A DNA stretch of 64,000 bases from Actinomycetota bacterium (GCA_037141855.1 JBAXBR010000003.1:8707-72706), one strand, 5' to 3'; positions 18,125 to 27,237 are shown, counted from the first letter of the stretch. The notes: generated by a model not told the origin, from the sequence alone. Made by a program: numbers and translations.

Positions 18125-19012
18125 ATGCAAAAACAACCAAGTGGTCTTCAGTTGTGGATATTAGGCGCGCGCCCTCGAACGTTGCCGGCAGCGTTCGTTC
18201 CCGTGTTCGTTGCTTTCGGTCGTGCGCTATCCCAAGAGGTCACTCATGCAAAATTGTGGTGGTGCGGCTTGTTTGCTCTCATCGTCAGCGTGTCATTGCA
18301 GGTGGGTGTCAATTACGCAAATGATTATTCGGATGGAATCAAAGGCACGGACAAAGAACGTGTAGGTCCGCTCAGGCTCGTCGGTTCGGGTTTGGTTCCT
18401 GCAAAGACGGTGAAAACTGCCGCATTCATAGCCTTCGGAGTCGCGGCCGTGTTCGGCTTGTTGATTTCGATTGCCACTTCATTGTGGCTTGTTCCACTTG
18501 GAGCTTTATGCATAGCTGCAGGTTGGTTGTATACGGGTGGACCAAAGCCATACGGATACATGGGTTTTGGCGAGTTGTTCGTCTTCGTCTTTTTTGGGCT
18601 AGTTGCAACGTGTGGTTCGGTGTATGCGATCACGCAGAAGATTGATGCCGAGACGGTTCTCGCTTCGTGCGTAGTCGGTCTTCTCGCGTGTGCATTGTTA
18701 GTAGTGAACAACTTGCGCGACATTCCTGGGGACACCATTGCAAATAAGTTGACACTCGCAGTGCGCATGGGTGACGCGATGACGAGGAAGTTGTATTACG
18801 CAATGTTCCTTTACGTATTGCTGTTGATCGTGCTCATTGGAACCAGCGATCGGTCAGTATTAATCGCCTTGGTTGGTCTGGCAGCTGCTTATCCGGCACT
18901 GAAGTCGGTGCGGTCTGGAGCCCTAGGCAGAGATCTCATTCCAGTTCTTGGCGCTACAGGTAAGGCCCAACTAGCCATTGGTCTTTTACTAGCGGTAGGT
19001 CTGGCTATCTAG
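18125..19012 (+). CDS. menA: 1,4-dihydroxy-2-naphthoate polyprenyltransferase
   Basis: UbiA-family polytopic protein (NYANDYSDGIKGTD, VNNLRDIPGD). Start trimmed to ATG 18125 (MQKQPSGLQLWILGARPRTLP). Confidence 0.85.
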   Translation: MQKQPSGLQLWILGARPRTLPAAFVPVFVAFGRALSQEVTHAKLWWCGLFALIVSVSLQVGVNYANDYSDGIKGTDKERVGPLRLVGSGLVPAKTVKTAAFIAFGVAAVFGLLISIATSLWLVPLGALCIAAGWLYTGGPKPYGYMGFGELFVFVFFGLVATCGSVYAITQKIDAETVLASCVVGLLACALLVVNNLRDIPGDTIANKLTLAVRMGDAMTRKLYYAMFLYVLLLIVLIGTSDRSVLIALVGLAAAYPALKSVRSGALGRDLIPVLGATGKAQLAIGLLLAVGLAI

Positions 19013-19744
19013 CCATTTGCTGACAATTTGGCCAAATTTTTCAGGTTGGTCGAGGTGCGCATTGTGGCCGGCATTCTGAATAATGCTGAGCGTGGAATGT
19101 GGAATGAGTTGGCTCATGCGCTCTGCGATTGCGGTAAATTTTTCGTCTGCAGATCCTGCAATGAGCAGAACGGGGATTTCGATATCACGAAGTTCTGACC
19201 ACAGAGATTCTTGCTGACCGGTGCCGCATGTACGCAGACTGTTGGCAAGTGACGCTGGAGAATTAGTGCGTCGGTCGCGTATTTCTTCTGGACTAAACAC
19301 CGATTTCGCAAACAGCGGTTGACGTGTCCATTCATCGATGAATGCTGGTGTCCCAATGGATTCAATGTGCGATGCAAGAACTGCATCGGCTTCAATTCGG
19401 GATTCTCTCTCGGACGTATCTTCAATGCCAGGTGTTCCACTCACCAGTACGAGGCCGGTCATTGCACGCGGATGCTCAAGCACTGCATGAAGAGCCATGC
19501 GAGCGCCCATGCTGTAACCGACGAGAACCATGCCAAAAGCAATGTCGGCAATCGCTTCACCGGCTTCCGGCAAGGAGAGCGAGATGCCTTGAGATGCTCC
19601 GTGATCAGGAGCGTCGATGAATGTGCTGGTGATGTCGGTAATAAATTTGGAGGCAGCAATCCAAGATTTACCCGTTTGTGTAAAGCCATGCACGAAACAG
19701 ACATTGCAGGATCCATTTCCTGTCGATTCGTAATGCAGGTTCAT
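18989..19744 (-). CDS. menH: Alpha/beta hydrolase, probable SHCHC synthase
   Basis: Nucleophile elbow GYSMGA and alpha/beta-hydrolase length. The assignment rests on its position in the men cluster. Confidence 0.65.
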   Translation of the reverse strand: MNLHYESTGNGSCNVCFVHGFTQTGKSWIAASKFITDITSTFIDAPDHGASQGISLSLPEAGEAIADIAFGMVLVGYSMGARMALHAVLEHPRAMTGLVLVSGTPGIEDTSERESRIEADAVLASHIESIGTPAFIDEWTRQPLFAKSVFSPEEIRDRRTNSPASLANSLRTCGTGQQESLWSELRDIEIPVLLIAGSADEKFTAIAERMSQLIPHSTLSIIQNAGHNAHLDQPEKFGQIVSKWLDSQTYR

Positions 19745-20391
19745 GCGCGCTCGAGCATTCGTTCAATGATGCGTTCAAACATTTCAATATCTTGTGCACC
19801 AGGAACTGACCACTGACCATCAATAATGAATGTTGGAACGGCGGTCACTCCATATTCCGAGGCCTCATCAATTTCTGCTTGCACTTCACTGGCTAGGGAG
19901 TCGCTCAGGAGAAACGCATATGCATCGTTTCGATCGATGCCAGCAGATTGCGCGCAGTCGGCTAATACTTCGATGTCGCCAATGTTTTTGCCATCGGTGA
20001 AGTAGGCATCCATAATTAATTCCTTGAGAACAATTTGTACGGCAGCGCCATATCCTCTGAGTGCAAATGCCAACAGGCGATGTGCAAGGAACGTGTTAGC
20101 GCGCACCGCAATGTCCATATTGAATGTGATGTTGTCTTGTGCGGCAACAGAGGTGACATGCGCAAGAATCTCTGTAGCTCGCTCTGGTCCACCAAACTTT
20201 TTGGCATAGGCGTCTTTTGATGGACTAGGTGAATCGGCTGGGGCGGTTGGGTCAAGCTGGAACGGTCGGAACGTGTAATCCACTTGAACGTCGACCCCGC
20301 GCTCCCGTAGGCGCGAAATGGCAGTCTCAAAACGCCTTTTTCCGATAAAACACCATGGACAAATGACGTCGGAGAAGATTTCTATGCGCAT
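19741..20391 (-). CDS. DsbA/FrnE-like (HCCA isomerase-like) thiol oxidoreductase
   Basis: MRIEIFSDVICPWCFIGKRR, with a CPWC active site at the N-terminus. Start trimmed to ATG 20391. ATGA overlap with menH. Confidence 0.8.
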   Translation of the reverse strand: MRIEIFSDVICPWCFIGKRRFETAISRLRERGVDVQVDYTFRPFQLDPTAPADSPSPSKDAYAKKFGGPERATEILAHVTSVAAQDNITFNMDIAVRANTFLAHRLLAFALRGYGAAVQIVLKELIMDAYFTDGKNIGDIEVLADCAQSAGIDRNDAYAFLLSDSLASEVQAEIDEASEYGVTAVPTFIIDGQWSVPGAQDIEMFERIIERMLERA

Positions 20392-20410
20392 AGATGCCAC
20401 GATAGAGGGG

Positions 20411-22114
20411 ATGGCCACTACTCCTGCAACTACAGCAACTTTTTGTGCCACGCTCGTGGACGAATGGGTGCGCCTTGGAGTGGCGCATGCGGTTGTTTCT
20501 CCGGGATCGCGAAGCACGCCTATGGCGGTCGCACTGGCCGAAAATTCAAAGATCTCGTTACACGTGTTTCACGATGAGCGCTCAGCATCATTTGCAGCGC
20601 TCGGAATTGGACTGCAGTCCGCATTACCTGCGGTGTTGCTCTGCACTTCGGGAACGGCTGCTGCGCAATTTTATGCTGCAGTAATCGAAGCGAATTATGC
20701 GCACGTCCCGTTACTCGTCTGCACTGCGGACAGACCACCAGAATTGCAAGGGGTTGGTGCTCCACAAACCATCAATCAGACCAACTTGTACGGATCTTTC
20801 GTTCGAAAATTCATTGATGCTGGGATGGCAGACGACACAAAGTCGTCAAAGTGGAGAGCCATCGCTCGCGATGCTTTTGCGACAACCGTTGGAGTGAATC
20901 GTGGTCCCTGTCATGTGAACCTGCCATTTCGAGAACCTCTTGTTGGAATCGCAGAGACACTTCCTGCGGTAGACAGTCATTCACCGGTTCGTGTGAGCGC
21001 CGACGTTGCCACTGCATCTGAGCGCAAGAAACTCTCCTTGGCGATTCGGGTCGAACAGGGACTCATCATTGTTGGCAACGGAGTTGAGCAGCCGCGATTT
21101 ATTCTCGAACTCGCGGCGAAATTGAATTGGCCAGTTGTTGCTGATCCGAGAAGTAATTGCCGCGTTACTCCGCAAAGCAGTTATGGCGCAGTAGTAGTGA
21201 GTTGCGCTGATGTGATGTTGAGGCATCAGCCAACTGCAGAGTCGCTCACACCAAGTGTGGTCCTACGCATTGGTGATCCCCCAGTAAGCAAAGTTGTAAA
21301 TCAATGGCTTGCACGGAGTGGCGCAGAACAAATTGCCGTCACCCAGCAACCATCTCTCATTGACCCCGACAAAGTGGTGACTACACACATCGTTGGTTCA
21401 ATCACTGAGCTATTCATGGAAATGTCACGAGGTGCCGAGACAAAACCTGCCACCGATTGGGTGAGTAAATGGAGCAACTCAGAACGCTTAGCCAGAGCAG
21501 CTCTCGATGCAAAGTTTTCTGACCAAGTGGAGCTGACCGAGCCATCGTGCGTGGTTGCGGTCAGTGAATCTGTCGCTGAAGGCTCAAACTTGGTGATGTC
21601 ATCTTCCATGCCCGTTCGTGATCTGGAATGGTTCGCTCCCGCGCGAGATGGAATTCACGTATTCAGCAATCGTGGTGTAAACGGTATTGATGGGGTCGTA
21701 TCAACCGCAGTAGGTATCGCATTGTCGTCAAAAACTCCTACCGCATTAGTAATTGGCGACATCGCCCTGTTACACGACAATAATGGGCTTCTCAATTTGA
21801 TCCGGAGAGACGTACAACTCAAAATTGTTGTCATTGATAACGAGGGAGGCGGAATATTTTCCTTTCTTCCGCAGGCCGAAGCTTTGAATGGTGCACAATT
21901 TGAGCAGTTATTCGGAACTCCTCACAGCGTTGATTTCGAGTCCTTGGCAAAGGCGCACGGGTTGCCGTTCACGTGGGTAAAGAGTGCTGAATCTTTACGC
22001 CTAGAAATAGGAAAGCCTGGTGTTTCGATCGTCGGTGTTCGAACCGATCGACACCGCAATGTTGAGGACCATAACGTTCTTTATGCTGCGGTCGCGGCTG
22101 CATTATCGAACTAG
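20411..22114 (+). CDS. menD: SEPHCHC synthase (2-succinyl-5-enolpyruvyl-6-hydroxy-3-cyclohexene-1-carboxylate synthase)
   Basis: ThDP-enzyme N-terminus (GVAHAVVSPGSRSTP) and a ThDP-binding region (GDIALLHDNNGL...IDNEGGGIF). Start trimmed to ATG 20411. Confidence 0.9.
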   Translation: MATTPATTATFCATLVDEWVRLGVAHAVVSPGSRSTPMAVALAENSKISLHVFHDERSASFAALGIGLQSALPAVLLCTSGTAAAQFYAAVIEANYAHVPLLVCTADRPPELQGVGAPQTINQTNLYGSFVRKFIDAGMADDTKSSKWRAIARDAFATTVGVNRGPCHVNLPFREPLVGIAETLPAVDSHSPVRVSADVATASERKKLSLAIRVEQGLIIVGNGVEQPRFILELAAKLNWPVVADPRSNCRVTPQSSYGAVVVSCADVMLRHQPTAESLTPSVVLRIGDPPVSKVVNQWLARSGAEQIAVTQQPSLIDPDKVVTTHIVGSITELFMEMSRGAETKPATDWVSKWSNSERLARAALDAKFSDQVELTEPSCVVAVSESVAEGSNLVMSSSMPVRDLEWFAPARDGIHVFSNRGVNGIDGVVSTAVGIALSSKTPTALVIGDIALLHDNNGLLNLIRRDVQLKIVVIDNEGGGIFSFLPQAEALNGAQFEQLFGTPHSVDFESLAKAHGLPFTWVKSAESLRLEIGKPGVSIVGVRTDRHRNVEDHNVLYAAVAAALSN

Positions 22115-22118
22115 CGAG

Positions 22119-23312
22119 TTATGGTCGAGTGATTGCCGCGAGCATCGCTTGAAGCTTTGCCTGAGTTTCAGCAAGTTCGTCAAGAGGCTCACTGTCGGCA
22201 ACGATTCCTCCGCCAGCAAATAGGCGAGCCTGAGTGCGCGATTCGTTGAATTGTGCACAACGAATGGCAACTGCAAAGACACCGTTTCCGCGTTTGTCGA
22301 ACCAACCAATCGCTCCACCGTATTTGTCTCTACTCATGCCTTCATAGCGAGCAATGAGTTGCAATGCTTTGTCGCGAGGAAACCCTCCAAGTGCCGGGGT
22401 CGGCGAAAGCGAGAGAGCAGCATCAAGAACATGGATCCGCGGTTCAGAAAGTTTGCCAACCAGACGAGTTCCGAGATGTTGAACATTTGCTACTTGCACG
22501 ACAGTTGGCTCAGCTTCCCAGTCCAAATAGGAACAATGCGGTAACAGAGTGTCGTGCACCATGTCGATAACAACGCGATGTTCAATTTGGTTTTTGTCGC
22601 TCTCCATGAGTTGTTTGGCCAATAGAGAGTCCTTTGTTAGGTCTCCAGTTCGCGGAGTTGTTCCGGCAAGGGGGTGGCTGGTGATTTCATCGTCATGAAT
22701 GGCTACAAGCAGTTCAGGGGATGCCCCCACAAACCCATCAAAAGAAAAACGGTAGCTCGTTCCAAAAGTTCCTCTGAGCTTGTGTAGCAAAATATGAACA
22801 TCAATAGGCAAATCTGATTCGACATAAACATCGCGAGCAATAACAGCCTTGGTGAGTTCGCCGTTGCGCACCGAAGTTCGCGCTGCTTCCACTGCTGCTA
22901 AATAGGTTTCTACGGCGACACCGTCGCGAGTCCGAAACTCGGCATTACTCGGTATAGGCGGTGCATTCGTTAGCGCCGGAATCGGTGCGTCATCAATAAT
23001 CGTCACCCAGGTTTCGCCCTCACGTGTTTTGCAAAATGTCACCGCTGGAAGGACGAAGTCTGCATCGAGTGTTGTGTCAAACGGGATCGATCCGAACATG
23101 ATTGGGCCAACACCGATGGGAACGGAAACAGGGGAACAATCAATAGCTTCCAGCACGTTTCGGGCATCACGAGCCGTGGTTCGAGCACTGATGCCGTGTC
23201 CGGCGAAACCAATGCCATCTCGTACAAAAAGATATCCTGTTGCTCCAGCGATGTCATTGAGATCGACGTCAACTGAAGAAATCTGTGAAAGTGGGAAAGA
23301 CGTTGCCCTCAT
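22119..23312 (-). CDS. menF: Isochorismate synthase
   Basis: Chorismate-binding C-terminal motifs (HPLAGT, PTPALGG, YGGAIGW, GGGIVADS) within the men cluster. Confidence 0.85.
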   Translation of the reverse strand: MRATSFPLSQISSVDVDLNDIAGATGYLFVRDGIGFAGHGISARTTARDARNVLEAIDCSPVSVPIGVGPIMFGSIPFDTTLDADFVLPAVTFCKTREGETWVTIIDDAPIPALTNAPPIPSNAEFRTRDGVAVETYLAAVEAARTSVRNGELTKAVIARDVYVESDLPIDVHILLHKLRGTFGTSYRFSFDGFVGASPELLVAIHDDEITSHPLAGTTPRTGDLTKDSLLAKQLMESDKNQIEHRVVIDMVHDTLLPHCSYLDWEAEPTVVQVANVQHLGTRLVGKLSEPRIHVLDAALSLSPTPALGGFPRDKALQLIARYEGMSRDKYGGAIGWFDKRGNGVFAVAIRCAQFNESRTQARLFAGGGIVADSEPLDELAETQAKLQAMLAAITRP

Positions 23313-23321
23313 TGCGCTCGA

Positions 23322-24035
23322 CTACCGCTTTGTTGCGTGCATTAACTGTGTGAGTCCACCAGAAAGTTGTTCATGTCGTACATGTTCGAATCCGGCACGC
23401 TGCAACATATTGACAAGTTGCTCTGGTGCTGGTAGATACGCCACGCTCTTCGGCAAGTAGTTGTATGCGGCTCGGTTTGAAAGCAGACCGCCAATGCGCG
23501 GGACAACCTTTCCGAAATACACGCTGTTTCCCCATCGAATGATCGGATTAGTCGGAGTGCTCACATCGAGCAGCGCAATGCGTCCGCCAGGCTTGATGAC
23601 CCGAGAAATTTCGTTAAAAAAAACATTGAGATCAACCAAGTTGCGCAATGCGAAACCGCACGTAACTCCATCAACTGAATGCGGAGCGATGGGTAGGCGA
23701 AGAATGTCGGCCTGCACGCGGGGTGCGTTGCTGTGATCAGCGGCAAGCATGCCAAATGACATATCGAACGAAAGCGGGTGCAAGCCTGCTTTACGAAGGT
23801 TGATGCAGAGGTCTCCCGTGCCGCTTGCCAGATCAAGTACTCGTGCGCCCTGAGCTAGCGCAAGCTTGCGAACAGCGATCTTCCGCCAACGTGTATCGAG
23901 CCTGAAAGTCATGATTCTGTTGACAAGGTCGTAACGCGGAGCAATCGCATCAAACATGTTCTGTACGACTTTCGCCTTGGCGTCTCCCTGCGGAAGTTCC
24001 GCCGTGTCCCAAGCCACTTTGTCAGAATTGCTCAC
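23322..24035 (-). CDS. menG: Demethylmenaquinone methyltransferase
   Basis: UbiE/MenG signature VQNMFDAIAPRYDLVNRIMTF plus SAM motif VLDLASGTGD. Confidence 0.9.
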   Translation of the reverse strand: MSNSDKVAWDTAELPQGDAKAKVVQNMFDAIAPRYDLVNRIMTFRLDTRWRKIAVRKLALAQGARVLDLASGTGDLCINLRKAGLHPLSFDMSFGMLAADHSNAPRVQADILRLPIAPHSVDGVTCGFALRNLVDLNVFFNEISRVIKPGGRIALLDVSTPTNPIIRWGNSVYFGKVVPRIGGLLSNRAAYNYLPKSVAYLPAPEQLVNMLQRAGFEHVRHEQLSGGLTQLMHATKR

Positions 24036-24115
24036 CTCGTCAGGTTACGACACTCTCGGCAATACTTGATGGTTGACCTCGCTACTTTGTAGGCAGGGAA
24101 AGGTTTAGGGGACCG

Positions 24116-25336
24116 ATGATCGATTTCACGTTTACGCCAGAGATTGAAGCAGTGCGTTTGAAGGTTCGCGCATTCATGGACGAACAGGTTCGGCCGCAAT
24201 GGGATGCGATCGATCAAAATGATCGTGCTCAAGTAGTAAAGGCAATTGTGGGCTTGCGCAAGTTGGCACGCGAAGACTGGAACCTTTGGCTCCCGCATAT
24301 GCCGGCAGAGTGGGGCGGCATGGGTCTTGGTCCAACAGCGATGGCCGCAGTTTCGGCTGAAGCTGCCAAGGTCAGTATCGGACCATACGTGTTGAATGCC
24401 CAAGCGCCCGATGAAGGGAACCAACACACACTCCTGCATTGGGGAACACCCGAACAGAAAGAGAAATATCTTCGACCATTATGTGAAGGTCGTATGCGCT
24501 CATGCTTCGCTATGACCGAACCCGAGGTTGCCGGTAGCGATCCGACGTTGATTAAGACTTTTGCTTACAAAGATGGTGACGAATGGGTGATCAACGGCCA
24601 CAAGTGGTTTATTTCTGGTGCGCGTGGCGCTCAATTTGCCTTACTAGTGGCCCGCACTGAAGAAGATCCTGATTTGCCTCAAGCCGCAAACTCCTGTTTC
24701 ATCGTGGACATTCCAAGTGAGGGCTGGAACATCGTTCGCGATGTTGAAACGATGTCCGGTGGGCATAACCATTGTGAAATTGAAATCAAGGATTTACGTG
24801 TACCGAATTCAAACATGCTCGGTGGTCGAGGACAAGGTCATTTGCTAGGTCAATATCGCCTCGGGCCTGCCCGACTCGCTCACTGCATGCGATGGATTGC
24901 CCAAGCTGAAATGGCTCTGGACATGATGGTGGCTCGTTCACTCGAGCGATATTCGCACGGTTCGCTTCTTGCAGAGAAGCAAGGAATTCAGTGGCTCATT
25001 GCAGATTCAGCAATGGAGATGTATCAGGGCAAATTGATGATTCTGCACGCTGCGTACAAGATTGAACACGGCATGGATTTCACCAGTGAAGTGAGCATGA
25101 CCAAGCACTTTGTTGCAAACAGCTTGTGGAGAATCATTGATCGCGCTATCCAGGTGCACGGTGCGCTCGGTTACAGCACTGACACGCCGCTAGCAGGAAT
25201 GTTGCAGCAAGCTCGCTGGAGTAGGTTCGCAGATGGCGCCGATGAGATTCATCAAATGCGCATAGCGCAACGAACTATTGCGGCCTATAAAGATTTTGGA
25301 ACAACGAAGAAAGCAACAGGAGACCTTCCATTATGA
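24116..25336 (+). CDS. Acyl-CoA dehydrogenase family protein
   Basis: CFAMTEPEVAGSD and QVHGALGYS motifs in a 406-aa protein. Confidence 0.9.
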   Translation: MIDFTFTPEIEAVRLKVRAFMDEQVRPQWDAIDQNDRAQVVKAIVGLRKLAREDWNLWLPHMPAEWGGMGLGPTAMAAVSAEAAKVSIGPYVLNAQAPDEGNQHTLLHWGTPEQKEKYLRPLCEGRMRSCFAMTEPEVAGSDPTLIKTFAYKDGDEWVINGHKWFISGARGAQFALLVARTEEDPDLPQAANSCFIVDIPSEGWNIVRDVETMSGGHNHCEIEIKDLRVPNSNMLGGRGQGHLLGQYRLGPARLAHCMRWIAQAEMALDMMVARSLERYSHGSLLAEKQGIQWLIADSAMEMYQGKLMILHAAYKIEHGMDFTSEVSMTKHFVANSLWRIIDRAIQVHGALGYSTDTPLAGMLQQARWSRFADGADEIHQMRIAQRTIAAYKDFGTTKKATGDLPL

Positions 25337-26298
25337 GCAAGCAAGACATCACGTTCGGCGTATTCATGCCCCAGGGCTGGAAAATGGAATTAGTTGGCAT
25401 TCCTAGTGCTACCGACAAGTGGAAAGCTGCGGTAGACATTGCTGTTACGGCCGAACAACTCGGTTTCGACTCGATATGGGTGTACGACCACTTCCATAAC
25501 GTTCCGCGTCCTGCACACGAGACGGTGTTTGAGTGTTGGACGGTCATGGCTGCTATCAGCCAACTCACGTCACGAATTCGCCTAGGACAAATGGTCGGTT
25601 GCAACTTGTACCGACCACCTGCTTTGCTTGCGAAGATCACCAGCACACTTGACGTCATTTCGGGCGGACGCTTGGACTGGGGTATCGGGGCAGGCTGGTA
25701 CGAAAACGAATGTCGTGGATATGGATATGAATTTCCGGTTCCGAAAGACCGCATAGCCATGCTTCGCGAGTGTGTAGAGATCGTGAAGATGATGTGGTCG
25801 CAAGAAGAAACGACATACGACGGCAAGTACTACCAGCTCGTTCGCGCAAATTGTGATCCGAAACCGCTGCAGTCTCCTCGTCCTCCTATTTGGATCGGTG
25901 GTGGAGGAGAGCAACTCACTTTGCGAGTTGTAGCTCAGCACGCTGATTATTCAAACTTTGGCGGCACAGCCGAGGAATTCTCGCGCAAGGTAGAAATCTT
26001 GAAGGGCCACTGCTTGAAGGTGGGACGTGATGAAACTGAAATCAAAAAGACGACATCAGGCGAGATCCTGATTCGCGATACTGAAAAGGAGCTTCGCGAA
26101 TTCCAAATCGCGAGTGGCCGCGGAGACCAGTTCGAGCAGTGGAGCAATGCAAACTTTATTGGAACACCCGATCAAGTTGCTGAGCGAATTGCAGAATTCG
26201 TAAAACGTGGGTGCAGCGGATTCATCCCTTGGTGTGTTGATTACCCAGATAAGCAAACCCTTACAGAGTTTGCAAAAATTATGAAGACGTACCGCTAA
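25333..26298 (+). CDS. Luciferase-like (LLM class) oxidoreductase, probably F420-dependent
   Basis: TIM-barrel LLM pattern (FGVFMPQGW, FDSIWVYDHF, GWYENE, RPPIWIGGGGE). ATGA overlap with the acyl-CoA dehydrogenase gene. Confidence 0.8.
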   Translation: MSKQDITFGVFMPQGWKMELVGIPSATDKWKAAVDIAVTAEQLGFDSIWVYDHFHNVPRPAHETVFECWTVMAAISQLTSRIRLGQMVGCNLYRPPALLAKITSTLDVISGGRLDWGIGAGWYENECRGYGYEFPVPKDRIAMLRECVEIVKMMWSQEETTYDGKYYQLVRANCDPKPLQSPRPPIWIGGGGEQLTLRVVAQHADYSNFGGTAEEFSRKVEILKGHCLKVGRDETEIKKTTSGEILIRDTEKELREFQIASGRGDQFEQWSNANFIGTPDQVAERIAEFVKRGCSGFIPWCVDYPDKQTLTEFAKIMKTYR

Positions 26299-26302
26299 CT
26301 AG

Positions 26303-26758
26303 TTAGTAGTAGTGACGGAAAATAATTTCTGCAACACATGAAGGTTTGGTAGCGCCTTCGCATTCAAATGTCGTTTCCAGGACTACTTGTGCACCACCTG
26401 CAATCTCAGTTGCCTCCAGAAGCTTGATCCCTGCACGAAGCTTTGCTCCAACTGGAACAGGAGCCATAAAGCGAACTTTGTTGGTTCCGTAGTTGACGCC
26501 CATCTTGACGCCTTCCACTTTCCAAATTTGGCCGATCAATACCGGGGCTAATGAAAGAGTGAGATAACCGTGCGCAATTGTTTGACCAAATGGACCTGTC
26601 TTTGCGCGTTCGGTGTCCAAGTGAATCCACTGATGGTCTCCGGTTGCGTCAGCGAAAAGTTGTACCTGTTCTTGGGTGACGGTGATGTACTCGCTGTATC
26701 CGAGATGCTGGCCAACATGAGCCATGAGGTCTGCTTGATCTTTGATGATTGTTGCCAT
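26303..26758 (-). CDS. MaoC-like (R)-specific enoyl-CoA hydratase/dehydratase
   Basis: Hot-dog motif FADATGDHQWIHLD...FGQTIAHG. Start trimmed to ATG 26758 (MATIIKDQ). Confidence 0.85.
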   Translation of the reverse strand: MATIIKDQADLMAHVGQHLGYSEYITVTQEQVQLFADATGDHQWIHLDTERAKTGPFGQTIAHGYLTLSLAPVLIGQIWKVEGVKMGVNYGTNKVRFMAPVPVGAKLRAGIKLLEATEIAGGAQVVLETTFECEGATKPSCVAEIIFRHYY

Positions 26759-26807
26759 GTATTCAGTGTGGCAGAAAAGTCGCCAGATGGCGAACTCGGA
26801 GGTTGGC

Positions 26808-27206
26808 CTAGTGGAACCAGACCTTTTGGTGTGCGCGACTTTGGGTATGCAGAAGTAGTGCACAAAGGGCAATGTCGAAAGCTGCATTAAGGAATGAATG
26901 CGCAATCAACGAGTGAAAGACAATGAGGTTCGACAAGAAGGGCGAGAAAGCGGCGACTAGTGACAGTTTGTATCCAAATTTCAGATCGTTGGCCATCAAC
27001 AAACCACCCATTGCATGTGCCGCAACCACAACAAGTCCGTAGACAGGTCCCAATGTGTAGGCACGACGGATGTATCCGAGTTCCATTTGCCCGTCCATGA
27101 AATTTGCCAAGGCAAAAAAACCATTCATGTACAGCAACCAGGTTGCTATTTGCAACGTCTGTGGCTGCATTCGATCAAACCATTTCTTCCAGTTGATGTT
27201 TTGCAC
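26808..27206 (-). CDS. Hypothetical small membrane protein
   Basis: 132 aa with about four hydrophobic segments and no recognised family. Confidence 0.5.
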   Translation of the reverse strand: MQNINWKKWFDRMQPQTLQIATWLLYMNGFFALANFMDGQMELGYIRRAYTLGPVYGLVVVAAHAMGGLLMANDLKFGYKLSLVAAFSPFLSNLIVFHSLIAHSFLNAAFDIALCALLLHTQSRAHQKVWFH

Positions 27207-27237
27207 CGTTTCATTCTTGCAGAACTAGCCTGTAGAT

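Noticed and set aside
20392-20517. N-terminal extension of the DsbA-like ORF with a hydrophobic stretch (VAVVAGVVAIPSIVA) that could pass for a signal peptide.
   Set aside because: The stretch is the antisense image of the Thr/Ala-rich MenD N-terminus (MATTPATTAT). The extension would overlap menD by more than 100 nt. The conserved DsbA/FrnE N-terminus begins at MRIEIFSDVICPWC.
26759-26905. Extended start of the MaoC ORF overlapping the 26808..27206 membrane-protein gene.
   Set aside because: The conserved hot-dog domain begins right after MATIIKDQ (ATG 26758), and the upstream 49 residues look non-coding.
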